Below are positions 34,559 through 47,210 of a stretch of DNA of 49,443 nucleotides, in pieces (within the stretch, counting starts at the first letter, position 1; the number at the start of each line of letters is the position of its first letter). The notes under the pieces were generated by a model, which was given only the letters and a program-made list of their open reading frames with translations, was not told the DNA's origin and did not search any database. Made by a program: the position numbers and the translations under genes. This DNA is from Craspedostauros australis (Eukaryota), in NCBI GenBank assembly GCA_030167865.1, contig JALAGF010004397.1, positions 1-49,443 on the forward strand. The letters run 5' to 3'.

Positions 34559-37500
34559 TCGATTGATGTGATAGACCTAGGACGGAGTGTGGCCCTCTAT
34601 TGCACTTCTGCGCCGCCATTCGGCGGAGACGAGAGAAGGCCAATTTTAAGTCCACGCAAAACGTAGGTTTTATCATGTTTGGTTCTATCCTCGGAGTTCT
34701 CGTGCCATGATACAAGTTGCGCCACACGTTTGTGCTTGGCGCGGCAGAATGGAACAGGTTGGGCACTGGCCATCACTGCGCAATTGTTGTAAGTGATGAT
34801 CGTGTAGTGGTATCAGATCCGAGGTCTGGAAGGTATGGACTTGGCGAGATGTCTGCATGCGCCCAGCAGAGGTAGTGTTGTACGCTTGTGCATTGTCTTC
34901 GTGGCTGCTGGTGGCGCGCCAGACTCGGATACGTAGAGCAATATATTCATTACCTTCTGAACTCTCCGCGTGGTATGCTGCCTTGAGCCAATTTCGCGGC
35001 TTGATGCCAAAGCGCGCTTGGCTGCTTACATCGTCAAATACACGTACATGGATGGCTGTTGGCTCGGCTCGATGCTTGTATTAGTTGAGTGGCCGTGGGT
35101 TCATATTGGAGCATGTGAAACATGCAATATGTAATGTTAGTCGAGTTAGGTTGGAGCACTGGAGCGCTCGAAATCCGACGCCGTCGGAGTGTTGACACCA
35201 ATTAGGTTTTGGCATCAATCACACTTCTGAGACAATCAGAGGGGTGGCATGCGAGCACACGTTTCTTGCACGCACAGCATCGATTCCAGTAACATACTCG
35301 TACTGGCTCGTCGTAGACTCCAATACTGTTTTCAGAACAGGGGAATTGCAAGCCTGGCAAGAGGGTGTGAGACTTCAAGGATGATAGGATCGCGGAAGCA
35401 GGAAATGGGGCATTCGATTGTAGGGTATGCCATCGGTATGATAACAAACATGTCTGGTTTACGAGTCGAACCGAATTTCGCAGTTGCCACCACGTGCTAG
35501 AATACTCACTGAATAGATCCGGCGAGATGTGCTCAGACTACTCGTACTGGTACGAATAGGTGTCCCATTACTGCCAGTCAGATGAAAGCGTTCGTGGCAT
35601 TGCGCAAAAAGTGCACGTCGCGATTATATCGTGATTGACACCGCTGTTTTGTTTGCCCTTGATTTGGGTTGGGCTTGTTGTTGAATTCGGTGTGGGCCAT
35701 CATCGAAGTTTTCACGAGACGCTTCTCGTGTCCGCTTTTGCAACCAAACTGCCTGGTCAACATCTTTGGCCAATGATTATCGCAACGGCGTTGAGAACCG
35801 ATTGGTTTGGTTGCTTGGCTCAACTGCTGGCTTGATAGGTCGACCTGTTGTTCGCCTGCCTGCCTGCCTACCTACCTGCCTACCTGCCTGCTTGTTTTCT
35901 TGCTTGGCACGGGGTACGGTCCAACAGCGACGGTGCTTTTCTATTGAGGAGGATGCGGCAAGCGTCCGCAGTGGTGGATAATGGTAGTAGCTCCAGATTC
36001 TCCCCTGCTGCTGGTGTTTCCTACATGTTGACCAATTGGCCATGCATGGTATTGGTACGGAGAGCAAGCGAGGCTGGTGCCAGCGAGTGTGACTTCAGCC
36101 TCCAGTTTCATGATCACATTGTATCATGGTGATGGAAGCATGGTGCCCCATGACTGGATGTGTTGATGAAGGGCTTGGGTTGATGTGAATGACGATCTGG
36201 AGAGGCTTCTCATGGATGTGCCGAAAAGCGTTCGATTGTTGCATACCCGCATAAGTGTGTGACGTACGAATGGGGAGTCATCATGAGCTCGTTGTTGTCG
36301 TTGTTGTTGTTGTAATTGTTGGAATGGAATGAACGTCAAGTAACATCACTGCTCACCCACAAACACCATCAATCCAACTAACGCCAACTCATCGTGTCAC
36401 CGCCAAGAGAACAAATCGCGATCGCAATCTCAGCCAAAGAGACGCGAAAGGAGACAGCGAGTACAACCCATCGAGACGTCACCATCCTCCTCGCACAAGC
36501 ACAAAGATCGTTCTGACACCACTTCATGTCACATCGTCCACAACAACAAAGCAACAACAACAAGGCAACAGGAACAGTCGGGAGAAAGTTCGACTTGGTG
36601 TCTCTGTCCAAAACTCTTCGATTTTGTGAGCACGACCTGATGTTCGCCTTGGGTTCTGACGTGACGAACGCAAACTGTATGTGTTCCCATTGGTTGAGAC
36701 GCGTCATAATCGTGATGAGTCAACAGAAGGCACCGCGTGCGCACTGACATCTTTGCAACACGCAAGCGACCACGTCAACAGGCAACAACACGATCTGAAA
36801 AGCGAGCCAAATGTGAATTAGCACGTTTCCAAAAAAAGGTACGATACCACACGAAAGTAGACGACCCAACACAACTCTAATCTATTCTACATATTCTGCA
36901 ATCACAGACAACACAAACCATGCCACACTTCTCTATTCTCTCTCGAGTGCATCCACAGGCCATGACTATAATTGCAAACCAACACACGGGATTGTGGAAG
37001 CCTGCTCACGAACTTCGACGTCAACCATTCCCGTCAAGTCTGCTTTGTGCAGAATCACGTTTCAAAAATGCGACAGCAAACTTGAAATGAACCTCAGATG
37101 CGCATATTCAATTGAGAGACGAGAATATCCTGAGTGCTCACGAGCATGTTGATCATCTTGGTCTTGTCCTCACTCGGGGAGAGCTCAAGCACGGGCGCAA
37201 CGAGCTGTGTTGTCTCGAGCACCCGACACTTGGCCCTGTTTCGTTTCGAGATAGTTTGCCACACGTTCAGTCTGCAAAAGCTCCGACAAGTCAATTCCTG
37301 GAAATATGGGGTATGCGGTAAAACGTATTTGGAATGGTTACATGAATACGTTGATCGACCTTGCCGATGTCACATAGTACGTCTGTCAGTGTACGTCGCA
37401 TACAACCGTCAACATGTAAGCTACGGTTAATACTTCTTACCTTTGTATTATTCATGCACATGATTGGACGGACTATATATGGCCGATAAAATAACGAACA

Positions 37501-38218
37501 ATATTTGCGAACATCTTGACACGACTCAATACAATCGAATCAACCCAGTCTTACCTGGAAGGCTGCTTCGGGAGAGCCACCGTCCCCGCACATACCTGCG
37601 CGTTTGCATGTGTGTAGGATTATGCTGCGGTAGACCCTACCAATAGGTCGTGCAGCAGCACTGCATTGTTTGCAATGTAACGATCTTGTCTGAGACCTCT
37701 CCAGAGAGAGAGAGAGAGAGAGAGGAGAATTGCATGGACAAAGGTCACTGAGCTACTACTACTCGCACAAGACTTGTTCGATTCTCTGGACATGAGTAGT
37801 ATAATATGGTACAGCATCACGTTCTGAGCACACTAGGGCAACGGAGATACACCAGCGACAAGATGAGAGATGGTCTGGAGCTTAGAGCGCTCTACTTTCT
37901 CTGGAGAGATTATTCGATGTGTGCATTCTACTCCAAATCCCCGATAGCATTTGGAGGTGGCGTTCGAAAATCTCTCCCAACGAATGCCTCTGTGTTCGTA
38001 GCCGGGCACCATATTCTCGGGCCAGAATGTACCACGCTGTAGTGCCTTCGGCTGCCCATCGCCGCGCCTGCTGCCTGCTGTTGGCGGTGGAATGCTGGTG
38101 CGACGGATGGTGTTCGTAAGTTATTCGAGAAATGGAGACCGACGTGAAAGGAGAAGCTTGTTCATGCTTGCTCGTGAACTCCCAAAACTTGAATGCCCCA
38201 TTGTGGAAGGAGATGGCA

Positions 38219-39478
38219 TCACGCGCCCGGTGACGTTGGACATTCCTCGGAAGGTATTGGCACCTTCGATCGCATCAACCCGCGCGCATCCGAAATGAAG
38301 TCGATCTGCGAAGCGCAATCTGCCATGCGATACATGACGCAGGCACAGTTGGATCTCCAGCTGTAGTCGTCTGGTTGTGGGAGGACGTCCAAGGTATGGA
38401 TGAAGTGGATGTACGCAACGACATCTGATCCATAGTAAATATCACAATGCTGGCCGCACGATACGTCTGAGAAGGATCCACCGTAGCTCCACATGAGGGT
38501 GTCGTTGCTACCGATCGGAAGCGGGGAGTCGGGCAGTTTGAAGACAGCTGTGTTTGAGTAGTTGCCCCAAACGACGGGCCTGTGCCAGTAGCCATCGTCG
38601 AGAGCTACGTCCAGGACGCCAGTGACGATGAAGACGGCTCCAATCGCGATAATGAGACAGGCGCCGTAGCAGACAGCGAGGCCCATGCGATTGCTTCGCC
38701 TTGTCGCGGGGTCGGACTGGCGTTCACGTGCGACCGAGACCACGGAGAGGCCTCCATCTGAGATCCGGATTGTGATGTTGTTGGCGACGCCGTTGTCCGT
38801 GCTGGCAGGGACGCTCTCATTCGCGTTGGATTCGGTTGTGAGGCTGGCGGACCTTGTGTCCTCCGTGCCTGACGGCACATCCCGGCTGACTCCCATGCAG
38901 TTCTCGTCGTCATCGATGCCCACAGCAAAGATAGTGACATCTCCGTTGAGGATGTGCGAAAGATGGTGCTCGGAACCTGTGTTTTCAGATAGCAAGGCAG
39001 CTTGATGATTCTCGTCTGGTGCCTCATTGTGGCCTGCAGGGAGTGGTTGAGGTGCATCCTGGGGTGCCGCTTGTGGCACAGTGCGCAGAGCACTTCGTGT
39101 GCTCGTATCACGCGACGAAGCTAGATCTGATTGTGTCTGCTGCTGTCTGTGCTGCTGTGGGACGTTGGATTGGGCGTTTGCCTCAATGTCACTGTTGATG
39201 TTGTCATTGGTTTCATCATTCTGATCAGTGTGATCATCGTTGTTGTCATCGTTGTTATTGCTATCGTTGTTATTGCTATCGTTGTTATTGCTATCATTGC
39301 TGTTGGCACTGACAACACCGAAGGCAAGCTCTGCATGTGGTCGATCTGGAGCTGTCTGCGCTTGAGGAATGCAATCGTCAGAGTGGATGAAGATGATCGG
39401 GATCTCAACATCTCCATCTCCATCTCCATGGGCGTCTGCGTGCGCATGTCCACAAGCACTCGCACATGTGCCGCTCAT
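38219..39478 (-). CDS. Single-pass membrane protein with disordered N-terminus and Cys-containing C-terminal domain, 419 aa
   Basis: Long ORF with Asn/Asp repeats encoded by a 15-bp tandem repeat (~39250-39300). Hydrophobic segment MGLAVCYGACLIIAIGAVFIVTGVLDVAL preceded by basic residues. C-terminal region has N-glycosylation sequons (NYS, NDT) and six Cys. Confidence 0.7.
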   Translation of the reverse strand: MSGTCASACGHAHADAHGDGDGDVEIPIIFIHSDDCIPQAQTAPDRPHAELAFGVVSANSNDSNNNDSNNNDSNNNDDNNDDHTDQNDETNDNINSDIEANAQSNVPQQHRQQQTQSDLASSRDTSTRSALRTVPQAAPQDAPQPLPAGHNEAPDENHQAALLSENTGSEHHLSHILNGDVTIFAVGIDDDENCMGVSRDVPSGTEDTRSASLTTESNANESVPASTDNGVANNITIRISDGGLSVVSVARERQSDPATRRSNRMGLAVCYGACLIIAIGAVFIVTGVLDVALDDGYWHRPVVWGNYSNTAVFKLPDSPLPIGSNDTLMWSYGGSFSDVSCGQHCDIYYGSDVVAYIHFIHTLDVLPQPDDYSWRSNCACVMYRMADCASQIDFISDARGLMRSKVPIPSEECPTSPGA

Positions 39479-40308
39479 TGTTCGAATGCTGCTTCAATGA
39501 GTCCCTCCAGCTGCGAGATCTGGCACGGGTGTGGTGGAGGACGACCTTCAATACGACTATGGTAAAGCGCGGCTATGGTGCACATGCAATTGTTGTGCTT
39601 GTCGCATGTATTGTATTCTACTGCTATTATTATTAGAGTGATGAGACTTCAACACCAACATGAAAGACAAGAGCGCAGAATGAAATGAAATCCAACAACG
39701 TCAACAACCACAACAAATGAACTCACATGATCTCCATCCACCAACAAAACTGCGAAACAAAACTGAAGTACGTGCAACTTCTGCGCAAACAACGGCACCA
39801 GGGAGACCCACAACACCATTCTGCTCGCAGTGCGCACGCGACAACCTCAACGCGCGTCACAATTCTGCCGCCGAAGAACAAGCAGGAAAGCATTGGACAT
39901 TCCGACTTGCGAAACACGACTTAACTTCCGCGAAGCAAAGATTCTGATCGTGCTGGATGAACGAACAGTCGCCTGAATCGACAAAAATGTAGTTCGTGAT
40001 TCACCAGAAATGGAGTCTTGTGTCGAGGACCAACCATTGAACGATGGCGCCAGTTCCGTCTACCTTCGTCATCTGTCCATTCCCAACCAACAACCACGCA
40101 ACAACACAATCACTTTCTTGTGGATGTGGAGACCATCATCCATTGATGCACCAGACCGCAAGCAGCCCTGCATACGGTGGACCTCCGAGTGCAAGAAGAG
40201 CCAGGCCAGCATTATAGTTACGGAGAGTGTGGACAACAACCTCGATCTCTTCACTGTTCCATTCTCACGCGCTGAGTTGACGTTGCAGATCCACGATCGT
40301 GTCTCACG

Positions 40309-43300
40309 ATGGCATTCGCTGAAGCCGGCTCTGCGAGATCCAAGAAGAAGAAGAAGAACCGCAGCAAGGGTCGCAGCAAGAATCGCAAGAAGAACAATGC
40401 TGAGGCCGACAGCAACGCCAATAGAAACAGCATTGCCAACACCAACGGCAAGTCCAAACTCAGATTCCTGGGAGAGGAGGCTGGAGGTTACGAACACTTG
40501 GATGAAGGCGATGATGCCAGCGTCATTCACATGGACAGCGACGATGATGATGATGTGATGCACGATGATGATGTCGACATTGGCTTTCGCAAGCATCATT
40601 ACTCCAACAACAGCAGCAGCAACAACAGTGGCAACAGCAGGAAGAAAAGGAGGCAGCGATCCAAGGAGGAGGCCATCTACGGTGTCTTCATGGGTGGTGG
40701 TGACAATGATGACAATCGCAATCATGCCAACAGCACCAACAGCAGCAATGTCATGCCAACAGCGCCCCTGTTCGTCAAGTCCAAGACGGCCATCAAGGAG
40801 GAGGCTAACCAAGCAGCAAAGAGCGATATTGCGGGCATGTTCCAGAAGGCATCCAAGCCGGATGCGGGTGACAAATCGGCAGCTTCCGCAATGACCTTCC
40901 ACAAGGCGAGCAAATCGACGGATGAAGAAAAGAAGGAAGGTGACGCCACCACCAATGGCAACAATGACAACAATGACAATGAACAGAAGAAAGTGGAGGA
41001 GGAGGAAGAGGATCGCAAGACGGAAGCGGAGCAAAAGGCGGCGGACGATCGCTTCCTCTCCCTCCTCAACAAGGCCACGGCCCGGAGCAAATCCAAGGCG
41101 TCGGCCAAGCTTCGGGAGATCCCACCTACGCCGATGCTTTCCACCGATGCGCGCGCGTCCGCAGCAACGGCTCCTGCCATGCCGCCAACCTCCTTCGGTC
41201 AGCAGCCCAAACAGCCGGCCTTCGTGTTGTCCAAAACCAAGAACAAGCCACCCAATCCAAACCTGGGAAAGTGGGAGAAGCATACGAAGGGCATTGGGAT
41301 GAAGCTCCTGTCCAAGATGGGATACGGCGGCTCGGGAGGTTTGGGTTCCGACAGGAGAGCCAGAAGGAAGCTGCAGAAGCTCAAGGAGGAGCAAGCCAAG
41401 GGTCCGCAAACGGACGCAGCAGCAACTGCGGATGCCAACAACAAGGACGCCAAACCAGAAGGCGAGGGCAAGACGGAGCTGCAGCAGCAGATCGAAGCCC
41501 GGTTGCAAGCGCAGAAGGCGGCGGCCGAAGCCGCAGCAACCCAGTCGGCGGCACCGACCATCATCGAGGTCAAGAAGGGAATTTCGCGTCCCATCGAAGT
41601 CGTCGTGCGTCCGGCCAACATGGGATTGGGCTTCGGAGACTTCAAGGAGGCATCCCAGCTCAAGTCCAATCGGAAGATCGAAGCGGAGGTGCGTGGCATG
41701 GAGGGCGAACTGGACGACAACAAAAAGAAGAAGCAGCAGCAAAAGAAAAAGAAACGAAAGCGTCGAACCCAGCGGGGTGACGATCATGATGATTCCGATC
41801 ATGTCGACATGGATAGCGATACTGATGACGAAGACGGTGATGATGAATTCGACGAGGACGGCGACGAGGGGATCGAAAGTTCGGCCTACATGAAGGATGT
41901 GGACGACATGATGGCACAGCAGCAGTGGAAAAAGCGCCAGCGGAAGAACCCCAACAAGAAGGCCAAGAAGCGAAAGGCCAAGATCGTTTCCATCACCGAC
42001 GGTTGGGGAAGGAGTGCCGGCGAGGGCGCCAACGATGCCGATGGGGCCGTCGTCGTCGACATGACGGGAAGCAAGCAGTTCGGAGACGCTGCGTCGCGGG
42101 AGCCCGTCCCGCTGGGTTCCGAAGTGCTGCACAATATCTCCTTCCTGATGAGCACGTACGAGACCAAGATGAGCTCGTCGCATCACTTCATCCAATCCAG
42201 CGACCGCAAGATCGAACACTTGCAAGGCGAGGTGGAGGAGATGAAGCACAGGCTGGATGAGATCAAGGACAGACGATCCAAACTCACGCATATCACGGAC
42301 ACGATCGATGCCATCGAGCAACTCCTGGAGCAGTCCTCGCCCAACCGTGGTGTTGGCACCAGCGACGCGGCCTTGGAACGGAAGGCCCGATCCATGGTTT
42401 GCGAATTGGCATCCAAGCTGTCGCCGAAGGAACGTCAGGAGCTGAATTTCTGGCAGATGCTGGCGCCGTCATTGCTCAGTCCCGTCATCGAACGCAAGCT
42501 GCGACGTTGGAAGCCACTTACGGACAACTTGGAGACCAGCCGCAAGCTCATCCATTCCATCATGGCATTCGCATCGACGGATGCCGCAGCCGAAGGCGAG
42601 ATGGCCAGCTTGGAGAGCGTCGTGTTCGGCATGGCCGTGTTCCAGAATCAGCTCATCCCCATGGTGCAGAAGGAACTTGATTCCTACAAGTGGGTGCCGC
42701 ACCAGCAGGTCGACCACGTCGTGGATCTGTACGAATTGATCTACAAGTCATCGAAAGAGTACAGAACCCGGCAAAAGCACCAACGGCGTACAAACAACAG
42801 AAAAATACAGCAGCGACAAGGCGGTGCCGCAGGTGACGGTGCCGCAAGCGATGATGAGGTTCAGGTCTTCCCCATGGGCGATGTCAGCGAGGACGAAGAT
42901 CACGATGAACATGACATGGATGTCGACGGCGGCAAAGGAGGTTTGAAGATGGGTCATGAGTCATCCACGCGGTTGCCGGATCTGGCCAAGGTGGTTCGGG
43001 ATCAGCTCCTGCACAAGACGATCTTCTCCAAGCTGCTGTCCGCCCTGGGGAGTTGGCGACCGAGCTTCGATGGTGCGGCCTCCTACGGCAGCAGCAAGAC
43101 CAACCACCGTCTGGATCTCTGGATCCTGCCGTGGTTGATCCATCTCAACCCGCACGGCGAGGTTCCGATGCTCTTGCTCGAATGCAAACCCAAGATCCGA
43201 TCCGCCTTGGTCGGTCTGCAGCGACATCACTCCAGCAGACGAGCTGCGCCAGGCAGCAGCGGTGGGAGTGACGACCAACAACGCAAGCAGGCGGGCGAAT

Positions 43301-43920
43301 TCTTGAAATCGTACACTGAGATGCTGCGGCCATGGTCCAAGATGATCTCCTCCAAGACCTTACAGGAGTGGACTACACCCATTGCTCTGCAGCAGCTCAA
43401 GCTCTATTGTTCCAGGACACCGGTGTCCCTGCCAACCGACGACGACGACGGCAAACAACAGGACTGGTCAGCACTGCAGATGACGTTCGAATGGCATTCA
43501 ATCGGCCTCATATCGAACGTCGACTTCGTGACTCTGATCGAAACGGAGCTGTTGACCAACTGGTCCATGGCTATGTTCGAAACGCTTTCCGAGATCGACA
43601 ACGTTGAGGAGGGCAGAACACTGGCCGCGAAGAGCTACTCCACCTGGAAGTCTCGGATCCTTTGCAATCCCTTGGCACGGCAGCAGAAGGTCTCCAAGAT
43701 CAAGACCGCCCAATCCATCGAGATGCTGCGACAGGATCCCGTCATCTGCCGCATCTTCTACTCCGCGCTGCGCATGATCCAAGCACTGGCGGATGGTAAT
43801 GGGAAGAAACAACAGAAGTCGAGTGCGGGCATGTTGCTCGAAGACGCGTTGCATCCGAAGCAAACCACCTTCTCGGAAGCCGTAACCAAGAGGATTGAAC
43901 GCAGCCGGTTGGTGAAATAG
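40309..43920 (+). CDS. TFIP11: Tuftelin-interacting protein 11 / Ntr1 (Spp382) homologue, G-patch spliceosome-disassembly factor, 1203 aa
   Basis: TIP_N-like SKEEAIYGVF. G-patch WEKHTKGIGMKLLSKMGYGGSGGLG...GISRPIEVVVRPANMGLGF. EVLHNISFL plus coiled coil, then GCFC-like motifs KLRRWKPL, KLLSALGSWRP, LDLWILPWL, MLRPWSKM and SYSTWKS. Confidence 0.92.
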   Translation: MAFAEAGSARSKKKKKNRSKGRSKNRKKNNAEADSNANRNSIANTNGKSKLRFLGEEAGGYEHLDEGDDASVIHMDSDDDDDVMHDDDVDIGFRKHHYSNNSSSNNSGNSRKKRRQRSKEEAIYGVFMGGGDNDDNRNHANSTNSSNVMPTAPLFVKSKTAIKEEANQAAKSDIAGMFQKASKPDAGDKSAASAMTFHKASKSTDEEKKEGDATTNGNNDNNDNEQKKVEEEEEDRKTEAEQKAADDRFLSLLNKATARSKSKASAKLREIPPTPMLSTDARASAATAPAMPPTSFGQQPKQPAFVLSKTKNKPPNPNLGKWEKHTKGIGMKLLSKMGYGGSGGLGSDRRARRKLQKLKEEQAKGPQTDAAATADANNKDAKPEGEGKTELQQQIEARLQAQKAAAEAAATQSAAPTIIEVKKGISRPIEVVVRPANMGLGFGDFKEASQLKSNRKIEAEVRGMEGELDDNKKKKQQQKKKKRKRRTQRGDDHDDSDHVDMDSDTDDEDGDDEFDEDGDEGIESSAYMKDVDDMMAQQQWKKRQRKNPNKKAKKRKAKIVSITDGWGRSAGEGANDADGAVVVDMTGSKQFGDAASREPVPLGSEVLHNISFLMSTYETKMSSSHHFIQSSDRKIEHLQGEVEEMKHRLDEIKDRRSKLTHITDTIDAIEQLLEQSSPNRGVGTSDAALERKARSMVCELASKLSPKERQELNFWQMLAPSLLSPVIERKLRRWKPLTDNLETSRKLIHSIMAFASTDAAAEGEMASLESVVFGMAVFQNQLIPMVQKELDSYKWVPHQQVDHVVDLYELIYKSSKEYRTRQKHQRRTNNRKIQQRQGGAAGDGAASDDEVQVFPMGDVSEDEDHDEHDMDVDGGKGGLKMGHESSTRLPDLAKVVRDQLLHKTIFSKLLSALGSWRPSFDGAASYGSSKTNHRLDLWILPWLIHLNPHGEVPMLLLECKPKIRSALVGLQRHHSSRRAAPGSSGGSDDQQRKQAGEFLKSYTEMLRPWSKMISSKTLQEWTTPIALQQLKLYCSRTPVSLPTDDDDGKQQDWSALQMTFEWHSIGLISNVDFVTLIETELLTNWSMAMFETLSEIDNVEEGRTLAAKSYSTWKSRILCNPLARQQKVSKIKTAQSIEMLRQDPVICRIFYSALRMIQALADGNGKKQQKSSAGMLLEDALHPKQTTFSEAVTKRIERSRLVK

Positions 43921-46399
43921 AAAATCAGACAGCACTCCCAGCCAAGTGCACAATAGCCTATTGCAGCACCTGCATTACAACTGGAGATGCTTTTGTGCCT
44001 GTCATGTCGGTCGCACAGCAGCACGGTACCACCCTGTTGTTGCAAGTTAAGATACGATGGATGTAATGTTTGCGGACGTGAATGTTGGATGATAGCGTCC
44101 ACAATGTATCCTGGCGGCAGGGCAACTTGATGCCCGCGAATTGGCGAATGATCGACATGACCATGATCACGCATGGTTGACAAATGTTTGCATCGCCCAA
44201 GAGGTGCGATTGCACCAGGCCCCAAAGCAGAGCCGAGACATGTACGCAGAGTCGTACGAGTATGTATGACATCCGCGAGGACGGTAGCACAGCACAATCC
44301 TGTGCAATGATGGAAAGCATTAGGGTCGCCCTTATTCGTACTCGTAGTTGAAGATCTTCTACGGTTCTGGCTGGCCGCGACATCGTCGATCCGGCAACGC
44401 ACAGGGGAACCCGCACTCTCTAGAGAGCTTGTGCAGGTATTATTGATCGTACTTGCAGATCGTAGAGAGGCAAGAGTGAGTCGACGGTTTCAGACGAAAT
44501 CTAAACGGCAGCCCGGAGTGCTGATGGGGTGCTGAATTCCCCCCAAAAGAAGACACCAACTCGAGGGATCGATGCGGCGCCTCGCGACGATTCCGACCAG
44601 CCGCCGTTACCGCCGGACAGTCGACGCGCAATGCCGCGATGCGCTTCTGTATACATGCCGCCTTGTGCTCGCCTTGGCGAATGTTATCACTGAGGAGCGC
44701 AGCACAGTGATACGTGTATGTATCCACAAAGTGATGGAGGACTGCTGGGGATGGAACAAATACTCGCCATCAACCGCAACCACCACCACCATCGCCACTT
44801 GGCAAATCTCTGGCCCGCATCAAACAGGAGGATCATACAATCTCATACAATCTGGTGCCTTTCCTTTCCTCCTGCCTTTTTGCTTCGTTGATTGTGATTG
44901 CGCCGAACTCATCATCCCGTGTTCTGGATCGTGGATCTTTGGCCCCGCCGATGACACGTGAGCCTTACCAGGAGCTGCGTTTTACGCGTCCGCATCAAGG
45001 AAAGTGCGGAAAGTTCCGGATACGCAACTCTCTCTCTCTTTGGTCGTTGACGCCATAATGCGTTAGTTTGCGCCAGTTCGCCAAATTTCACGCGATGTCT
45101 CTGTGATCGTTACGAGTACCATGGCGACGCCGCACTCGTTGATGGCACGAGCAGGAGCGACGGGATGATGTTTGCGATGCACCGCCATGGCGTTGTGTTG
45201 CGCTGCTTCCGTTTGGCCATGGTCGCCTCCGCTGTCACCATCCGATTGACGATTCTTCATTCTGTGCTCCGTGGAGATCGTGCATTGTGAAGGTTGACAT
45301 AGCCGCTGCGAGCAGATGATATTTTTCTCTGATCATTCTCCTCTCGCGAGAGACGTGGCGCGTCTGTTGGTTTGGAACAATATCACAATGCCCATAGCGT
45401 CCAGACGGGGCATGTGGTTTGCTCTTGTGGCATCTTGTGTCACCGCGGGTGGAAGGCTGTCAGAGCAACACGGCAACAGCAACGGCAACAGCTGAATGAA
45501 ACAGCAACATCAACCGCAAGGAAAGCGTCTGTCCCGTTGGTTTTACCATTGCCATTTCTCCATCCCCAGAGTGACGAAGACGGGCGAAAGCTGCTTTGCG
45601 TATCTGGTGATGGCGGCAGAGTGCGAGAAGGTGCGCGAATTGTCGGCAAGAGTGAACCATTAGAGGATTCTCGCATTCGGATTATTTTACCCCAAGTACG
45701 TGTCACATTGACATTTTGGGCCAATTTGGGCCAGAACTGCACAGGACTCATCCGTGACAAATTCCTGCTTAGATTGGTTCGACTCCTGTAGCGTTCGCAA
45801 TAAAATCGAGGAATGCGAACAAGCAAACTTGATGGAGGGGTTCGATTCGCTTTTCCATCGTGACGGCTGGCGACCCCAGCCAATCAAAGGGATTTAAATA
45901 TATCGCCAATGCGAACAAGCCATCCCATTGAAGGGCGAATTGAGGGGAGTTTTGAAGATTTATCCCGAGCTTTGTTGCCCTGGGGTTCTCATTTGGAACC
46001 GTGTGACGCAATCGATCTGTTCCCTTCATGGAACGATTCTCGTTGCTGGCGCTGAGACAGGCAACAATTCAGTGGTGGGACTGCGTGGTTGGTTTCGCAC
46101 AAGGATTTGGGCAACTTCCACAATTTCTAAGAAACCACGGTATGGACAAATAAACTGTACTTATTTCCTTGCGGTATCTGCGTACGAGTACCTCGAAGAG
46201 AGAAATATCATTGCCGTATCTCCTCCGACTTTCCAACCAATACGTTTATGGTATCATTGCGATGGGACTATCAACTGTTTCGCGTTGTTGTGGCTCATCA
46301 CAAGTACCTCCAAAAGAATTCCGATTCATGTGGAAAATTGACAAAAATAGTTTTTGCAAAATTCCAACAACGAAACAAGGACGGAAGTGTTCCTTTGAT

Positions 46400-47210
46400 G
46401 TGAACCATGACGCAGCGCCATCAACAATGCAAACATCAACACTAGGATTGGCATTGACAAAGACAATGATATCAACTCTGCTATTGAGTCCAACTGTGCA
46501 CAGGCTTGTGCTATCGAATAGAATCAACCCATGCACTGTATAGTGCTTGGAACGACGACGTCCTGGACACATTTAACCAAGATTTCAATGATACACATGC
46601 AAGGGCGCACATCCAACAATACAGACCCCACCTGCTTCATTGGAGGTGATGGCAACAGCAAGATTGCCAGTTGTATGCATGTTGGCAAGTTCCGCTCACA
46701 GAAGCCTATGATCGTGGAAGATGGTATTGGTTGATAGTTGTTTGTTTGCTATTTCATTACGTTGGCACTCCAATCCTCTTGGTGTCTGTTTGTTCTCTTG
46801 CTCGATGTTCTCGGTGCTTCAATCTGTTTTGTAGATTTGGTCGTCCAACTATGAGTTGGTGTGCAAGATGCTCTCTCGCTGCTCTTTGTATTCTCTCTCT
46901 CTCTGTCTCAGCATCATGCACTTCGTGCTACACCATGCTCCATGTTCGATGCGTACTCCGCATTTGACACTCTGTTCATTCAGTACTGGCTCCTACTCCA
47001 TGAGTACTTACCATTTGAAGTTCACCTTTAGTATCCATGATCTTGATGCCCTTTGGTCATCGGATCTTTGCCTCCTGCTCTGACTTGGAAACAGATGTCG
47101 ACGTGGTGACATGATGACATCCTGTCAACATCAGTAGGCATCCTTCTGCTCTCCAGATGTCACGTTCCATTGGTGATGCAGCAGTCTGCCAGATGATATC
47201 GTCATCTGAG
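46400..47210. other. CpG-poor sequence adjacent to the copia relic, possibly TE-derived
   Basis: TpG/CpA-rich by eye, no intact ORF, strand-biased T/G-rich segment around 46730-46910. No LTR partner or PBS identified. Confidence 0.2.

Noticed and set aside
40069-42321. 750-aa minus-strand ORF
   Set aside because: Antisense shadow of the GC3-rich TFIP11 CDS; the translation has no coherent protein features.
44400-46400. Possible DNA transposon or decayed gene downstream of TFIP11
   Set aside because: No terminal inverted repeats, transposase motif or consistent reading frame found by eye.
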